Source of the DNA: an uncultured Gammaproteobacteria bacterium
GTDB lineage: Bacteria > Patescibacteriota > Patescibacteriia > CAYYDP01
Reading direction: 5' to 3'
NCBI GenBank assembly: GCA_964470645.1
Contig: CAYYDP010000016.1
Span: 1 to 27,323 of the forward strand
DNA: 27,323 bases
A program made the position numbers and the translations under genes. Below are positions 1-9,203 of the stretch, piece by piece. Position 1 is the stretch's first letter, and each line of letters opens with the position of its first letter. The notes below the pieces were generated by a model. That model was not told the DNA's origin. It did no database searches and worked only from the letters and a program-made list of their open reading frames with translations.

Positions 1-1
1 G

Positions 2-595
2 AATATTGTATACGTCGGAATAAGTCTTATTTGTCTTGTCTATTTCGGTTACGGTCTTCATCAAAAGCTCTCTCTTTGGCGGCAGTACCAAAATTCAAAT
101 TATCAAATTCTCAATCAATTATATGAGATCAATGACGGGAGGAAAATCATTATGGTTGGACTCCCTGATTCGTATCAAGGCGTCCAGGGGTTTCGAAATG
201 GAATTGAAGAAGCATACCGTCTTTACTATGGAGAGGAAATTGATATTGTCAGAATTCCCGTGTATACGATTGACGGCGGAGAAGTTGGTTATGTGTTTCA
301 GACTACCCACTACCCACTGCCCGCTACCCACTACTCTGCGGCTGATGGTTTTGATGAGACGGTTCCGAATCAAGTCTTTTTAAAGACTAAAGATAAATCG
401 CTTCGATTGACGGGGGAGAAAGAGTATTCCGATGCGTATATTGATGTACGTTTTTTCCGTTGGCATTATGATATTGGTCGTTCTGACGGCGCCACAATTA
501 TCCTCAAGGGCGATGCTGCACAGGATATTATGAGGGGAACGTCCAGGCTGCTGATCTATGATGGTGGGCACGTCGCTGATCTGGCTGTGCTGTGA
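2..595 (+). CDS. hypothetical membrane-anchored protein, 5' end upstream of the window
   Basis: Same frame as track ORF 152..595, but I read the frame as open from nt 2 with no stop. The added residues NIVYVGISLICLVYFGYGL look like an N-terminal membrane anchor. Stop TGA 593-595. No family recognised. Confidence 0.5.
   Translation, partial: NIVYVGISLICLVYFGYGLHQKLSLWRQYQNSNYQILNQLYEINDGRKIIMVGLPDSYQGVQGFRNGIEEAYRLYYGEEIDIVRIPVYTIDGGEVGYVFQTTHYPLPATHYSAADGFDETVPNQVFLKTKDKSLRLTGEKEYSDAYIDVRFFRWHYDIGRSDGATIILKGDAAQDIMRGTSRLLIYDGGHVADLAVL
302..336. repeat. degenerate heptanucleotide tandem array (actaccc actaccc actgccc gctaccc actactc) inside the CDS
   Basis: Five head-to-tail 7-nt units read directly. 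They encode THYPLPATHYS. The unit resembles the complement (TATACCC) of the GGGTATA arrays at 10020 and 11497. Confidence 0.7.
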
Positions 596-642
596 TGCTG
601 ACTTGAAAAGTGATATACTGTGGATAATTAATCTTCTGCCGC

Positions 643-1026
643 ATGGATAACGAAATTAAGCCAAAAATTCTCATTGTTGAAGATGATGAGTTTCTTTCAG
701 GGATGTATATCACCAAGTTCACCATGGAAGGATTTCATGTGGTGTTTGCGGAGGATGGGGAGTTGGGTGTTGTGAAAGCCAAGGAAGAACTACCTCGGTT
801 GATTCTTCTTGACATTTTGCTACCAAAGAAAAATGGTTTTGAGGTACTTCAGGCTCTCAAATCCGATGAGCCGACAAAGCAAATTCCTGTCATTTTGTTG
901 ACCAATCTCTCTCAAGAGGATGATATAAAACGTGGATACGAGCTTGGTGCTGTTGATTATTTGGTGAAAGCTTACAACATTCCATCGGAAGTTGTGAAGA
1001 AGGTGAAAGAACGTCTTAATATGTAA
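643..1026 (+). CDS. single-domain response regulator (REC/CheY-like, no output domain)
   Basis: 127 aa with an acidic pocket (EDDE), phospho-acceptor context LILLDILLP, a conserved T (LLTNL) and K (DYLVKA). ATG start, TAA stop. Confidence 0.9.
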   Translation: MDNEIKPKILIVEDDEFLSGMYITKFTMEGFHVVFAEDGELGVVKAKEELPRLILLDILLPKKNGFEVLQALKSDEPTKQIPVILLTNLSQEDDIKRGYELGAVDYLVKAYNIPSEVVKKVKERLNM

Positions 1027-1089
1027 CAGCGCGAATCATTGCGATCTCAGACGCGACCATACGCGACGAAGTGCCTCTATTCCAAGTGT

Positions 1090-1494
1090 ATGTCAGAATC
1101 AACACCCCAGCAGTCAGCGACAAAAAAGCCGAGAATTCTTATCATCGAAGACGACCCATCCATCGCGAGTATTTACGGCGATAAGTTCGCGCGCGAGGGG
1201 TTTGAGGTTTCCATCGGAACAACGGGTGAAGAGGGGTTGGGGCTCGCGTTTACTCAACGGCCTGATATCATCCTTCTTGATATATTGCTTCCCAAGATGG
1301 ATGGGTTTGATGTGTTGCGGGAACTCAAGACTCACGACACAACCATGATGACACCGGTGATCATGTGGACAAATCTTTCCGAGCATGTTGATCGCGCGCA
1401 TTCGATGGGCGCCGTAGATTATTTAGTTAAAGTAAACACGATGCCATCGGATGTTGTGAAACGAGTGAAGCAGAGGTTGGGGTTATCGGTATAA
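1090..1494 (+). CDS. single-domain response regulator (REC/CheY-like), paralogous to the upstream gene
   Basis: Motifs IIEDD, IILLDILLPKMDG, MWTNL and DYLVKV. The track ORF begins at TTG 1039. The first ATG (1090, MSESTPQQ...) gives a normal REC length. Confidence 0.87.
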   Translation: MSESTPQQSATKKPRILIIEDDPSIASIYGDKFAREGFEVSIGTTGEEGLGLAFTQRPDIILLDILLPKMDGFDVLRELKTHDTTMMTPVIMWTNLSEHVDRAHSMGAVDYLVKVNTMPSDVVKRVKQRLGLSV

Positions 1495-1523
1495 TAAGGA
1501 TTATTAAGTTTTTAACAAGAACA

Positions 1524-3287
1524 ATGGAATTTTTATTCTATCTTCTCGTCGTTATTTTACTGGTTGCGTTTGTAAGCATGCGGAGTCGTATTGACCGTCT
1601 TGAGCGGTTGGTGCAGAGACTCCTTGAGTCTCATCAACCGAGTCGCGATGTTGTCCATCCGAATAAACCCATAGTCCCAGTCCCGGTTACCTCTTCGCAG
1701 GAGGGAGGTCAGACAGATACCCAGCGGACTGATCAATCAAAATTCCCGCAAGAACGAGGAATGGCATGGATTGAAGCTTTTGTTGCCTGGATTAAAGAAG
1801 ATTGGTTGCTGAAACTCGGGGGCCTATTGTTATTGATTGGTTTTGGATGGCTTGTGAGTTACGCGTTTATTAATAACTGGATCGGGCCCATGGGAAGGAT
1901 CGCGTTAGGCTTGGTCGCTGGGGCCCTGTTTTTGGTGTTTGGGTTTTGGAGAATACAAAAATTTGTCCACCAGGGGAGTGTATTTTTGGTTCTCGGGTCG
2001 ACCATAATTTTGATCACTATTTTTGCTGCCCGTGAGATTTATGGTTTTTTTACTCCACTGATCGGGCTTGGGGTTATGGCGTTGAGTGTCGCATTTGTTG
2101 CGTATGCAAGTGTTCGCTATCGCATTGCATCATTATCATTTGCTAGCCTTGTTCTTGCTGGTGTAGCTCCTCTGCTCACGAATTCGCCGGGACCTGATTT
2201 CGTAGGACTCTTTTGGTATCTGTTGGTTGTTGTTTTGGCAACGCTCTGGATTGTGTTGATCACGGGTAAACGAGAGCTGGTATTAGCTGCGCTTGTGCTC
2301 GTAGTGTTGTATCAGTTTCCTCATTTGATTGGAATCACATCTGCGGATACAAGTGTTTTGTTGTTGTTTGCCTATGGGTTTGCGGGCATCTTTTTTGTTG
2401 TGAGTACGTTAGGGATTATTGTCACGCGAAGCATACGTTCTTCGGCGGACACCATTGTTGCTACAGGGAATGGAATGTTGTTACTCGCCTGGATTCTCCG
2501 CGCTGCGCCTTCCCATTGGCAAAGCTTAATCATAGTTTCATGGGTTCTTGTGTTTCTTGTTGGTGCATTTTTAGTGTTTCGTTCCACAAATGAGCGCATG
2601 CCTTTTTATCTTTATTCTGGGGTGGGTGTTGCGATGTTGGTGGCTGCAACAGCGGTTGAACTCCGGGGCGCCGCGCTCACAATTGCATACACCATCGAAA
2701 GTGGGTTGATTGTTGTTGCGACCTATGCGTTTACAAAAGACATTCGTGCTGCGCGAAGGTCAAGCTTAATGATTGCAGGACCTTTAGTAATGTCATTGTC
2801 GAGTATGGCGTCCCCACTGTGGAACCGTGGTGTATTTCATAAAGATTTTTTCGTAATTTTGATATTAGGTTGTGTTCTGTTTGGGTTGGGCGCGTTTTTT
2901 CGATCACGTTCCCATATTGTAGAGCAAAACGATGAGTCGAAAGGATTAGCAGTTGGGATGATTGTTGGTGGATCCGTTTTATTGTATGTTCTTATTTGGC
3001 TTTCCTTGAACGCTGCGCTTGAAAATCACGATTATGCTGTTATGATTGCTCTAATCGTGTATACACTTGTTGGTTTGGTGGCGTACTTCATGGGAAACGC
3101 GAGCGGACAGAGGGTGCTGAAGCTCTATGGAGCGTCACTGCTGGGATTCGTCGTATTACGTCTCCTTCTTGTTGATGTGTGGGGAATGGCGCTTGCGGGT
3201 AGGATCGTAACGTTTTTTATTGTAGGCGCTCTGTTGATGTCCACAGCTTTCTTAGGGAGAAAGCATCGGCTTGAACAACAATCATAA
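1524..3287 (+). CDS. polytopic membrane protein, DUF2339-like
   Basis: 587 aa. One N-terminal TM helix is followed by a short charged helix (RIDRLERLVQRLLE), a linker and then more than 12 hydrophobic helices to the C-terminus. This layout matches my recollection of DUF2339. The family call is not HMM-verified. Confidence 0.75.
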   Translation: MEFLFYLLVVILLVAFVSMRSRIDRLERLVQRLLESHQPSRDVVHPNKPIVPVPVTSSQEGGQTDTQRTDQSKFPQERGMAWIEAFVAWIKEDWLLKLGGLLLLIGFGWLVSYAFINNWIGPMGRIALGLVAGALFLVFGFWRIQKFVHQGSVFLVLGSTIILITIFAAREIYGFFTPLIGLGVMALSVAFVAYASVRYRIASLSFASLVLAGVAPLLTNSPGPDFVGLFWYLLVVVLATLWIVLITGKRELVLAALVLVVLYQFPHLIGITSADTSVLLLFAYGFAGIFFVVSTLGIIVTRSIRSSADTIVATGNGMLLLAWILRAAPSHWQSLIIVSWVLVFLVGAFLVFRSTNERMPFYLYSGVGVAMLVAATAVELRGAALTIAYTIESGLIVVATYAFTKDIRAARRSSLMIAGPLVMSLSSMASPLWNRGVFHKDFFVILILGCVLFGLGAFFRSRSHIVEQNDESKGLAVGMIVGGSVLLYVLIWLSLNAALENHDYAVMIALIVYTLVGLVAYFMGNASGQRVLKLYGASLLGFVVLRLLLVDVWGMALAGRIVTFFIVGALLMSTAFLGRKHRLEQQS

Positions 3288-3291
3288 TCAT

Positions 3292-4506
3292 ATGCTATCG
3301 CTTCGAAGAATATTGGTAATTGGGATGATGGCGTTTGCAGGCGTTTCGTTTGGATTGGTCTGCATTCATACTGCACTTGCGCAATACAAGCTCTCGCCAG
3401 GTGATTTGATGGTAAGTACAGAGGCGTTTCGTTCCTATATGGATATCCAGGATGTCCCGATCGCTGTTCCTACCGTTATTGAGGTTCCGTTACCCCAAGA
3501 GATTCTTGAGCGTCCAGAGGCGATGGTACGCGATCTTTCGGTATTGTCGGTTGAACCGAGTTATATAAAACGGAGGACTTCCATAAGTCAGCCTTTGATG
3601 AATATAGAAACCATTCCAGCGGTAGCTAGTTCAAGAATGTTAATTGATGGAGACACTCGTACGTATGCGCAGTTTGAGGTGCCCGAACGTGAACTAGGAA
3701 GTGTGCAACTTATCATGAATACCTCATCTCCCATCACCACTGATGCGTTTACACTACTTTTGGATCAGTACGTCGCACTCCCCACGTCAATAGAGATACG
3801 AGCTTTGACATCTCAAGGTAATTTTTTGGTTGTTGCAAGGAGATTGATGGATCAGCAAACAGTGCGTTTTCCTCGTACCACGGCCTCACGGTGGACTATC
3901 ACATTGACCTACGGTCAGCCTCTGCGAATTAGTGAAGCGCGTTTGGTGGAGAGCGGGATCGTTGGGGAACAATCGTTTGGCGTTCGGTTTCTAGCCCAAC
4001 CCGGTCACACATACCGGGTTTATGTGGATCCTGATCGAAATCCGCAGATTCCCTATATCCGCGAATCACCAAATTTATCATCTGACCAGGACATACTTTC
4101 AATTTCTTCAACACCCCTGCGTCAAAACCCTGAATATATAATTGCCGACGCTGATCGGGACGGTCATCCCGATATTCGAGATAACTGCGTTACGGTTTCA
4201 AATTCAGACCAACGGGACGTTAATTTCAATGGTAGGGGTGATGCATGTGATGATTTTGATCGAGACGGGGTGATTAATTCGTTGGATAATTGCATGAATG
4301 ATCCAAACAGTGCACAGTCTGATGAGGATGGTGATAGGATTGGTGACGCGTGTGACCAAGAAGAAAGTCGAATAACCGAGCGACATGCATGGATCCCATG
4401 GGCGGGAATTGGGTTTGCCGCTCTCGTTTTGGTTGTACTTGTTATTTTATCCATGAAGAACCCACAGAAGGTTGAACGAGATCGGGACGCGACAACTGAA
4501 AAATAA
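3292..4506 (+). CDS. secreted, C-terminally anchored protein with thrombospondin type-3 (Ca-binding) repeats; the N-terminal part may be DUF3999/discoidin-like
   Basis: Signal or anchor sequence LRRILVIGMMAFAGVSFGLVCIHTALA. TSP3 motifs DADRDGHPDIRDNC, DQRDVNFNGRGDACD, DFDRDGVINSLDNC and SDEDGDRIGDACD. C-terminal TM helix WAGIGFAALVLVVLVILS. ATG 3292 lies 5 nt after the upstream stop. The track start at 3271 is a TTG that overlaps the upstream gene. Confidence 0.8.
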   Translation: MLSLRRILVIGMMAFAGVSFGLVCIHTALAQYKLSPGDLMVSTEAFRSYMDIQDVPIAVPTVIEVPLPQEILERPEAMVRDLSVLSVEPSYIKRRTSISQPLMNIETIPAVASSRMLIDGDTRTYAQFEVPERELGSVQLIMNTSSPITTDAFTLLLDQYVALPTSIEIRALTSQGNFLVVARRLMDQQTVRFPRTTASRWTITLTYGQPLRISEARLVESGIVGEQSFGVRFLAQPGHTYRVYVDPDRNPQIPYIRESPNLSSDQDILSISSTPLRQNPEYIIADADRDGHPDIRDNCVTVSNSDQRDVNFNGRGDACDDFDRDGVINSLDNCMNDPNSAQSDEDGDRIGDACDQEESRITERHAWIPWAGIGFAALVLVVLVILSMKNPQKVERDRDATTEK

Positions 4507-4527
4507 CGAAAAAGATAAAATGTATTT

Positions 4528-4569
4528 GAGAACGGCTCATTTGATGTACTATGGCCGTTCTTTTATTTT
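4528..4569 (+). terminator. candidate rho-independent terminator
   Basis: Stem gagaacggc (4528-4536) pairs with gccgttctt (4554-4562). The loop is about 17 nt and the T-rich tail is ttttatttt. It lies between convergent genes. Confidence 0.55.
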
Positions 4570-4662
4570 ATGAGAGCGAAGATGTTTCCTTGCCTCTGCA
4601 GTTCTACGAAGACGAAGTAACTCGAAGCTCTGGACATTCGACGTACGTGGGCTGTTATTTGG

Positions 4663-5673
4663 TTATAGTGCGCTGGTATCGGGTGTTTTTAAGACATTCA
4701 TTTGGTGAGAAACGCGCTCGATGTGTTCTGGGGCAAAAAGGCTGAGGATATACTCGGCTCCGCGCGTGCCAAGCTCGATGAGTTGTTTCGGATCATTACC
4801 TAGTCTTCCCACCTCATTTGTTTCCGGTGCGACAACCCCAATGTTGATGAATCCAGCGTCGGAGAGTTGTTGGAGATAGGCGAGATTGAGTTTGACCGCG
4901 CGGTCACGCGAAAGGAACACCCGTTTGACGTGACTTGAAAGTTGCATGTTCATGAGCCAGCCAATGAACCCATCGAAAGGGGTATTTTTCGGCTGTTGGA
5001 ATTCTTCCAGCGGGTAGTTGAGAACCATGAGGATATCCGTCGGGCGGAACGCTTCAACAACGTCCTTCAGGGGAACGGAGAATCCGTCAACGTAAGGCTC
5101 GTTGTTGATCGTCGGCGGTTTTCCGGCGAGGATCGGCATGTGGATGGTTGCGCGCAGGATGTCGAACATGTGGGGGACTTTGAGATTTAACAGTTTTTGC
5201 GTTCCGGTCTTAACATGCGTTGCGACCGCGTAGAGTTCTGGGCGGAAATTATGAACAAGTTCGTGGAGCAGACGCTTCGGTCCTTGTTGGAAGATATTCA
5301 TGAGATAGTCGGTATCCATAATCTTCCAAAATCGCGACAATTTTATAAATCGCTCATCGGTAAGGTTCTCGGGATAAATGGAATATCCAAGAATGGATTG
5401 TTTCGAAGCGCCATAGAGAATCGGCGGAGCACCTGCCGAGGATCCAACGATCACGTCGGCGGTCTCAAAGAGTGAATAAGTGTTCGGAGCTGGCAGGGTG
5501 GACTCGGATAAGCCTATGCCGACACCAGCACCAAAAACACCGGACATGGAGCCACCTTCAAAAATATACAGAAGCCTAATCGAAGAATGTTCGGGGTTTT
5601 GCTCGCCCAAGAGTTTTTGTTTGGTTTTGATTCGGTTGAGCAGGAGATCGTGATGGGCGAGCGGGATAATCAT
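4663..5673 (-). CDS. patatin-like phospholipase
   Basis: Glycine-rich oxyanion motif FEGGSMSGVFGAG, nucleophile elbow GSSAG (GxSxG) and catalytic Asp context YVDGF. The track ORF extends to 5835 but overlaps the upstream gene. ATG at 5673 (MIIPLAHH...) lies 11 nt after that gene's stop. Confidence 0.85.
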   Translation of the reverse strand: MIIPLAHHDLLLNRIKTKQKLLGEQNPEHSSIRLLYIFEGGSMSGVFGAGVGIGLSESTLPAPNTYSLFETADVIVGSSAGAPPILYGASKQSILGYSIYPENLTDERFIKLSRFWKIMDTDYLMNIFQQGPKRLLHELVHNFRPELYAVATHVKTGTQKLLNLKVPHMFDILRATIHMPILAGKPPTINNEPYVDGFSVPLKDVVEAFRPTDILMVLNYPLEEFQQPKNTPFDGFIGWLMNMQLSSHVKRVFLSRDRAVKLNLAYLQQLSDAGFINIGVVAPETNEVGRLGNDPKQLIELGTRGAEYILSLFAPEHIERVSHQMNVLKTPDTSAL

Positions 5674-5684
5674 AGCGACGGTCG

Positions 5685-6761
5685 TTATTCCGCTCTGGCC
5701 ACGAGAAAGAGATGGTGAATGCGCCAGGGTTCGATATGGAATTTTAGCGTTATGGAATTTTCCACTCCGGCTTTTGCGGCAGATTCGCGGATGAGTCGCT
5801 CGAGGTGTTCGGGTGTTCGGTAGATGATGGTCCAATTGAAGATTTTTTCAAGTATGTGCGACGATGAGTTTTTTTGCATTCCGGAAATAATGGCGGTACC
5901 GCCGGGTTCGAGTTTTGAGAACGCCCACGCCAGGGTATCCACAACGGTTCGATCGTCCTGATATTCAAAAATTCCGCACGCTTCGATGTTTGCAAAAGTT
6001 TGATTGTGGAATGTTGACGCGAGGTCTTCGAGACCGACCAGGCGTGTTTCAATACTCGATGTAAGTCCTGCGCGTTGAATGATTTGTCGCGCGCGCTCAA
6101 GCGCGGCATCGTTTTTATCCGTGAGGATAGCCCTGTGACCCTGTGTCCCCTGTTCGGCTATTTGTTTGAAAGCAAAAATCATGGGTTGACCCGACCCACA
6201 CGCAATGGAAAGCGTGGTTCCCGGCTTGGAGTTTTGGATAAACAATGCCTGGACGATTCTGCACCGATTGCGAACCGCCTGGGCGTGTTCTCGTGAAAAA
6301 TAAAAGCGCCCGATAATGTCTGGGGCGCCCTCAAGGCGAGCTGACCAAAGCGGTTTGTTGTCAAGGGAAAAATGCCCAAGGGCGTTGTAGGCGTCGTCCA
6401 TAGCAGGGGCATTTCCGATGTTCTCGTAAAAATGTGAGACGAGTTTGGAGTGGCGGTTCCCAAGCAGAAGTGTTTTGATTTGATAGATTGAGATAAAGCG
6501 GTTATCCCCAAAGTTTTTTCGAGCTTCATCAAGAATTGTTCTTTGGAACAGGGGGTCGGCGTCCCATTGGCGCTGTTCTTCGTGAGGAAGGAGTTTTCGG
6601 ATATGTCGTTTGGTTTTCCACTCGACGTAGAAGCTTAAGGGCGTGTCGAGGAGGATATTTGAGAGCTTCCAAAACAAAGGAAGACGGTGTTCAAGCGACA
6701 ACCCAAGTTTTTGGGTGTTGGAATGTCCCTGCTGGATAATTGGGTTGCCTGAGATAGACAT
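5685..6761 (-). CDS. class I SAM-dependent methyltransferase with a ~190-aa N-terminal extension
   Basis: Motif I-like LSIACGSGQP, acidic end of beta-2 (ILTDKND) and post-I motifs EACGIFEY and LEPGGTAIIS. ATG at 6761 is preceded by AGGAGG (complement of 6769-6774) with 7-nt spacing. This is the only strong SD I saw in the window. Confidence 0.8.
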   Translation of the reverse strand: MSISGNPIIQQGHSNTQKLGLSLEHRLPLFWKLSNILLDTPLSFYVEWKTKRHIRKLLPHEEQRQWDADPLFQRTILDEARKNFGDNRFISIYQIKTLLLGNRHSKLVSHFYENIGNAPAMDDAYNALGHFSLDNKPLWSARLEGAPDIIGRFYFSREHAQAVRNRCRIVQALFIQNSKPGTTLSIACGSGQPMIFAFKQIAEQGTQGHRAILTDKNDAALERARQIIQRAGLTSSIETRLVGLEDLASTFHNQTFANIEACGIFEYQDDRTVVDTLAWAFSKLEPGGTAIISGMQKNSSSHILEKIFNWTIIYRTPEHLERLIRESAAKAGVENSITLKFHIEPWRIHHLFLVARAE

Positions 6762-6900
6762 AGAAATCCCTCCTATGACCTCCGAGCATGATCGTACTAT
6801 ATCATTCAAATATTGGTGTGTCCAGAGGTGGGCTGGGAATTCCCATGGAGCGTTCGAGAATCATATGGTATGATTGTTGGAGTTTGAACATGTCGCACGT

Positions 6901-9156
6901 ATGGGTTACTACGCGTTTTCAGCTTTATTTAATTTTTTGTTAAGTGTGTTTTTGGGTTGGTTCGTGTTCCGGACTAATCAACGTTCTTCACTGCATAAAA
7001 ATCTTTTTATTCTCTGCCTGAGCGCTGGGTGGTGGTCGTTTTTTTATTTTCTTTGGCAGATGTCTGTAACAGAAGTGTGGGCACTGTGGTGGACCAGACT
7101 CTTGATGCTGGGCGCGATCTGGGTCGCATATTCTTACGTGAAGGTTGTAGCATTGTTTTTGGAACGCGAAAAAGAACTTCGAAACGCTTTGCGGCTTGCG
7201 TTTGGATTGGGGGTCGTGCTGAGCGTACTCGTATACACTCCCTATATGGTTTCCAACGTGGAGCCGCTCGCGGGATTTCTATTTTGGCCGAAGCCGGGTC
7301 CGGCGTATCACGCGTTTTTGTTCTGGTTCGTTTCGTTCATGGTGTACGGGTGCTACTTGTCGTATCAAGGATTAAAACGCGCGACGCCGCTCATGCGGAG
7401 CAGGCTTCAGATTATGCTCGCGGGCATGGCGTTGAGTATCGTCGCGGGATCAACCAATTATTTTCTTTGGTATGATATTCCCATAAAACCCTACGGAAAT
7501 ATTTTGGCTTCGGTGTACGTCGCTTGCGTGGTATACGCGATTGTGCGCCACCACGTTCTTGACATCCGGGTGGTACTGAGAAATTCATACGTGTATCTTT
7601 CATCGCTCGCGAGCCTGCTCGTAGTCGCGGTTCTGGTTGAGCGCGGTCTGTCCCTGTCATTTTCGAGCGCACCAGAGTTTCTTCGCGAATTTTTTTCGTT
7701 TGCCGTCGCGATTGTGTTGTTTCCGACCATCAAAGATTGGTTTTCACAAACGGCAACAAAATATTTTTTTTCCTCGCTGTACGATACGAGCAAGGTTATC
7801 GGGAGGCTGGGTCAGTCGCTTCGTTCCATCCTCGACACCAAAAAGCTTTTTGAAGTTCTCGATTCAACGTTTACCTCGGTGTTTCATCCAAAAGGTTTTT
7901 GTGTGTTGGCGTATGACGGGAAGCACAAAGCGCTTGTCGTTTCTTATAATCGGGACGTTGATCTCAGGGGACTGAGTGAGTACTCTGTGTCAAAGCGTCT
8001 TGAACAGAATATTCTTCGACAAAACACGGTTTTGGCGGTGGAAACAATGAGCGAGGAAGAAGAATATCTGAAATTGTACAAAAAAGAGTTCGCGTTGCTG
8101 AGCTCTATGGGTGTTGATATGGTCGTTCCGCTTGTTGCGAAAGAACGTTTAATTGGTTTGATTTTGCTTGGAAGGAAAGAAAACGGGGACGCGTACTCGA
8201 CTCAAGACATTGGCGCGCTGGACATTATTCGTTCACAGGTCGCGATCGCGTTTGAAAATGCGCAGTTATACCAGGAATCATTGGCGTTTGGTGAAAAGTT
8301 AAAGATTGAAGTTGAAAACGCGACTCGTGAGCTTCGTATTGCTAATGACAAGCTCAAACAACTCGATCAGGCAAAGACGGAGTTTTTGTCTATCACGTCG
8401 CATCAGCTCCGGACGCCGCTTACTGGAATTAAAGGGTATTTGTCCATGATGATCGAGGGAGATTTTGGGAAGTTTTCTGATCAACAGGAAGAGACCGTAA
8501 AACGGGTTTCGGCGGAAGTCGACCGGCTCGCCCGCATGGTACAGGTATTTTTAAATGTTTCGCGAATTGAATCGGGACGATTGATGGTCGCTCGGTTGAA
8601 TTTTAATGTCGCCGAACTTATTGGAACGGTCATCAAGGAGCTCAAACCCATAGCAGAAAAAAAACAGCTTGAATTGTCGTATGTTGGTTCGGAGCATCTT
8701 CCGTTTGTTGGCGATTCGGATAAATTGAAGGACGTTGTGATGAATTTGGTTGATAACGCGATTAAATACACACCATCCGGAAAAGTATGGGTTGAAGCAG
8801 GTATGCAGAAAAATGGAGATATTTGGATTAACGTGAAGGACACGGGCGTGGGAATAGATCCTGCTGAGACCGGGAAGTTGTTTGAGAAATTTTCTCGCGC
8901 CAAAGGAATTGCCGAAGTTTCAGCTGAAGGATCGGGTCTCGGGCTCTTTATCGTTAAGAAGATCGTGGAAGCCCACGGTGGGACTGTGTCTGTGGCGAGC
9001 GAGGGTCACGCAAGGGGTGCAACATTTACGTGCGTCCTGCCGAAGTATGAGGAGAAACAATTCAGTGAAGCGGCTGATCAGAGTACTCCAAAGCTTTTAA
9101 GTTCAAAGAAAAACAAGATGGTAAACATGAAGGTCATGAAGGTATTGAAGAGATAG
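6901..9156 (+). CDS. sensor histidine kinase (N-terminal multi-TM sensor, GAF-like, HisKA, HATPase_c)
   Basis: About 290 aa of hydrophobic helices come first, followed by a GAF-like middle region. H-box SITSHQLRTPLTGIKGY, N-box VDNAIKYT, G1 DTGVGI, G2 GSGLGL. The track start is TTG 6874, and the first in-frame ATG (6901) is used here. Confidence 0.9.
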   Translation: MGYYAFSALFNFLLSVFLGWFVFRTNQRSSLHKNLFILCLSAGWWSFFYFLWQMSVTEVWALWWTRLLMLGAIWVAYSYVKVVALFLEREKELRNALRLAFGLGVVLSVLVYTPYMVSNVEPLAGFLFWPKPGPAYHAFLFWFVSFMVYGCYLSYQGLKRATPLMRSRLQIMLAGMALSIVAGSTNYFLWYDIPIKPYGNILASVYVACVVYAIVRHHVLDIRVVLRNSYVYLSSLASLLVVAVLVERGLSLSFSSAPEFLREFFSFAVAIVLFPTIKDWFSQTATKYFFSSLYDTSKVIGRLGQSLRSILDTKKLFEVLDSTFTSVFHPKGFCVLAYDGKHKALVVSYNRDVDLRGLSEYSVSKRLEQNILRQNTVLAVETMSEEEEYLKLYKKEFALLSSMGVDMVVPLVAKERLIGLILLGRKENGDAYSTQDIGALDIIRSQVAIAFENAQLYQESLAFGEKLKIEVENATRELRIANDKLKQLDQAKTEFLSITSHQLRTPLTGIKGYLSMMIEGDFGKFSDQQEETVKRVSAEVDRLARMVQVFLNVSRIESGRLMVARLNFNVAELIGTVIKELKPIAEKKQLELSYVGSEHLPFVGDSDKLKDVVMNLVDNAIKYTPSGKVWVEAGMQKNGDIWINVKDTGVGIDPAETGKLFEKFSRAKGIAEVSAEGSGLGLFIVKKIVEAHGGTVSVASEGHARGATFTCVLPKYEEKQFSEAADQSTPKLLSSKKNKMVNMKVMKVLKR

Positions 9157-9203
9157 CTTAAGGTAAGTTTTTCGCGGTTGGATTGGAAATGTCCGATTCA
9201 AGA

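Noticed and set aside
4310-4330. Hammerhead-ribozyme-like core CUGAUGAG in tctgatgaggatgg
   Set aside because: It lies inside the TSP3 repeat coding sequence (SDEDGD). No matching stem II, GAAA element or cleavage-site helices could be found nearby.
4663-5835. N-terminal extensions proposed by the ORF track: patatin to 5835, methyltransferase to 6809, RR2 from 1039, DUF3467 from 17094, dnaJ from 17611, TSP3 protein from 3271, DUF218 from 20729
   Set aside because: The extensions overlap the neighbouring gene or translate palindromic repeat DNA. Several use TTG or GTG. In each case an internal ATG gives the canonical family N-terminus, for example MAKDYY for DnaJ, or AGGAGG-7 nt-ATG for the methyltransferase.
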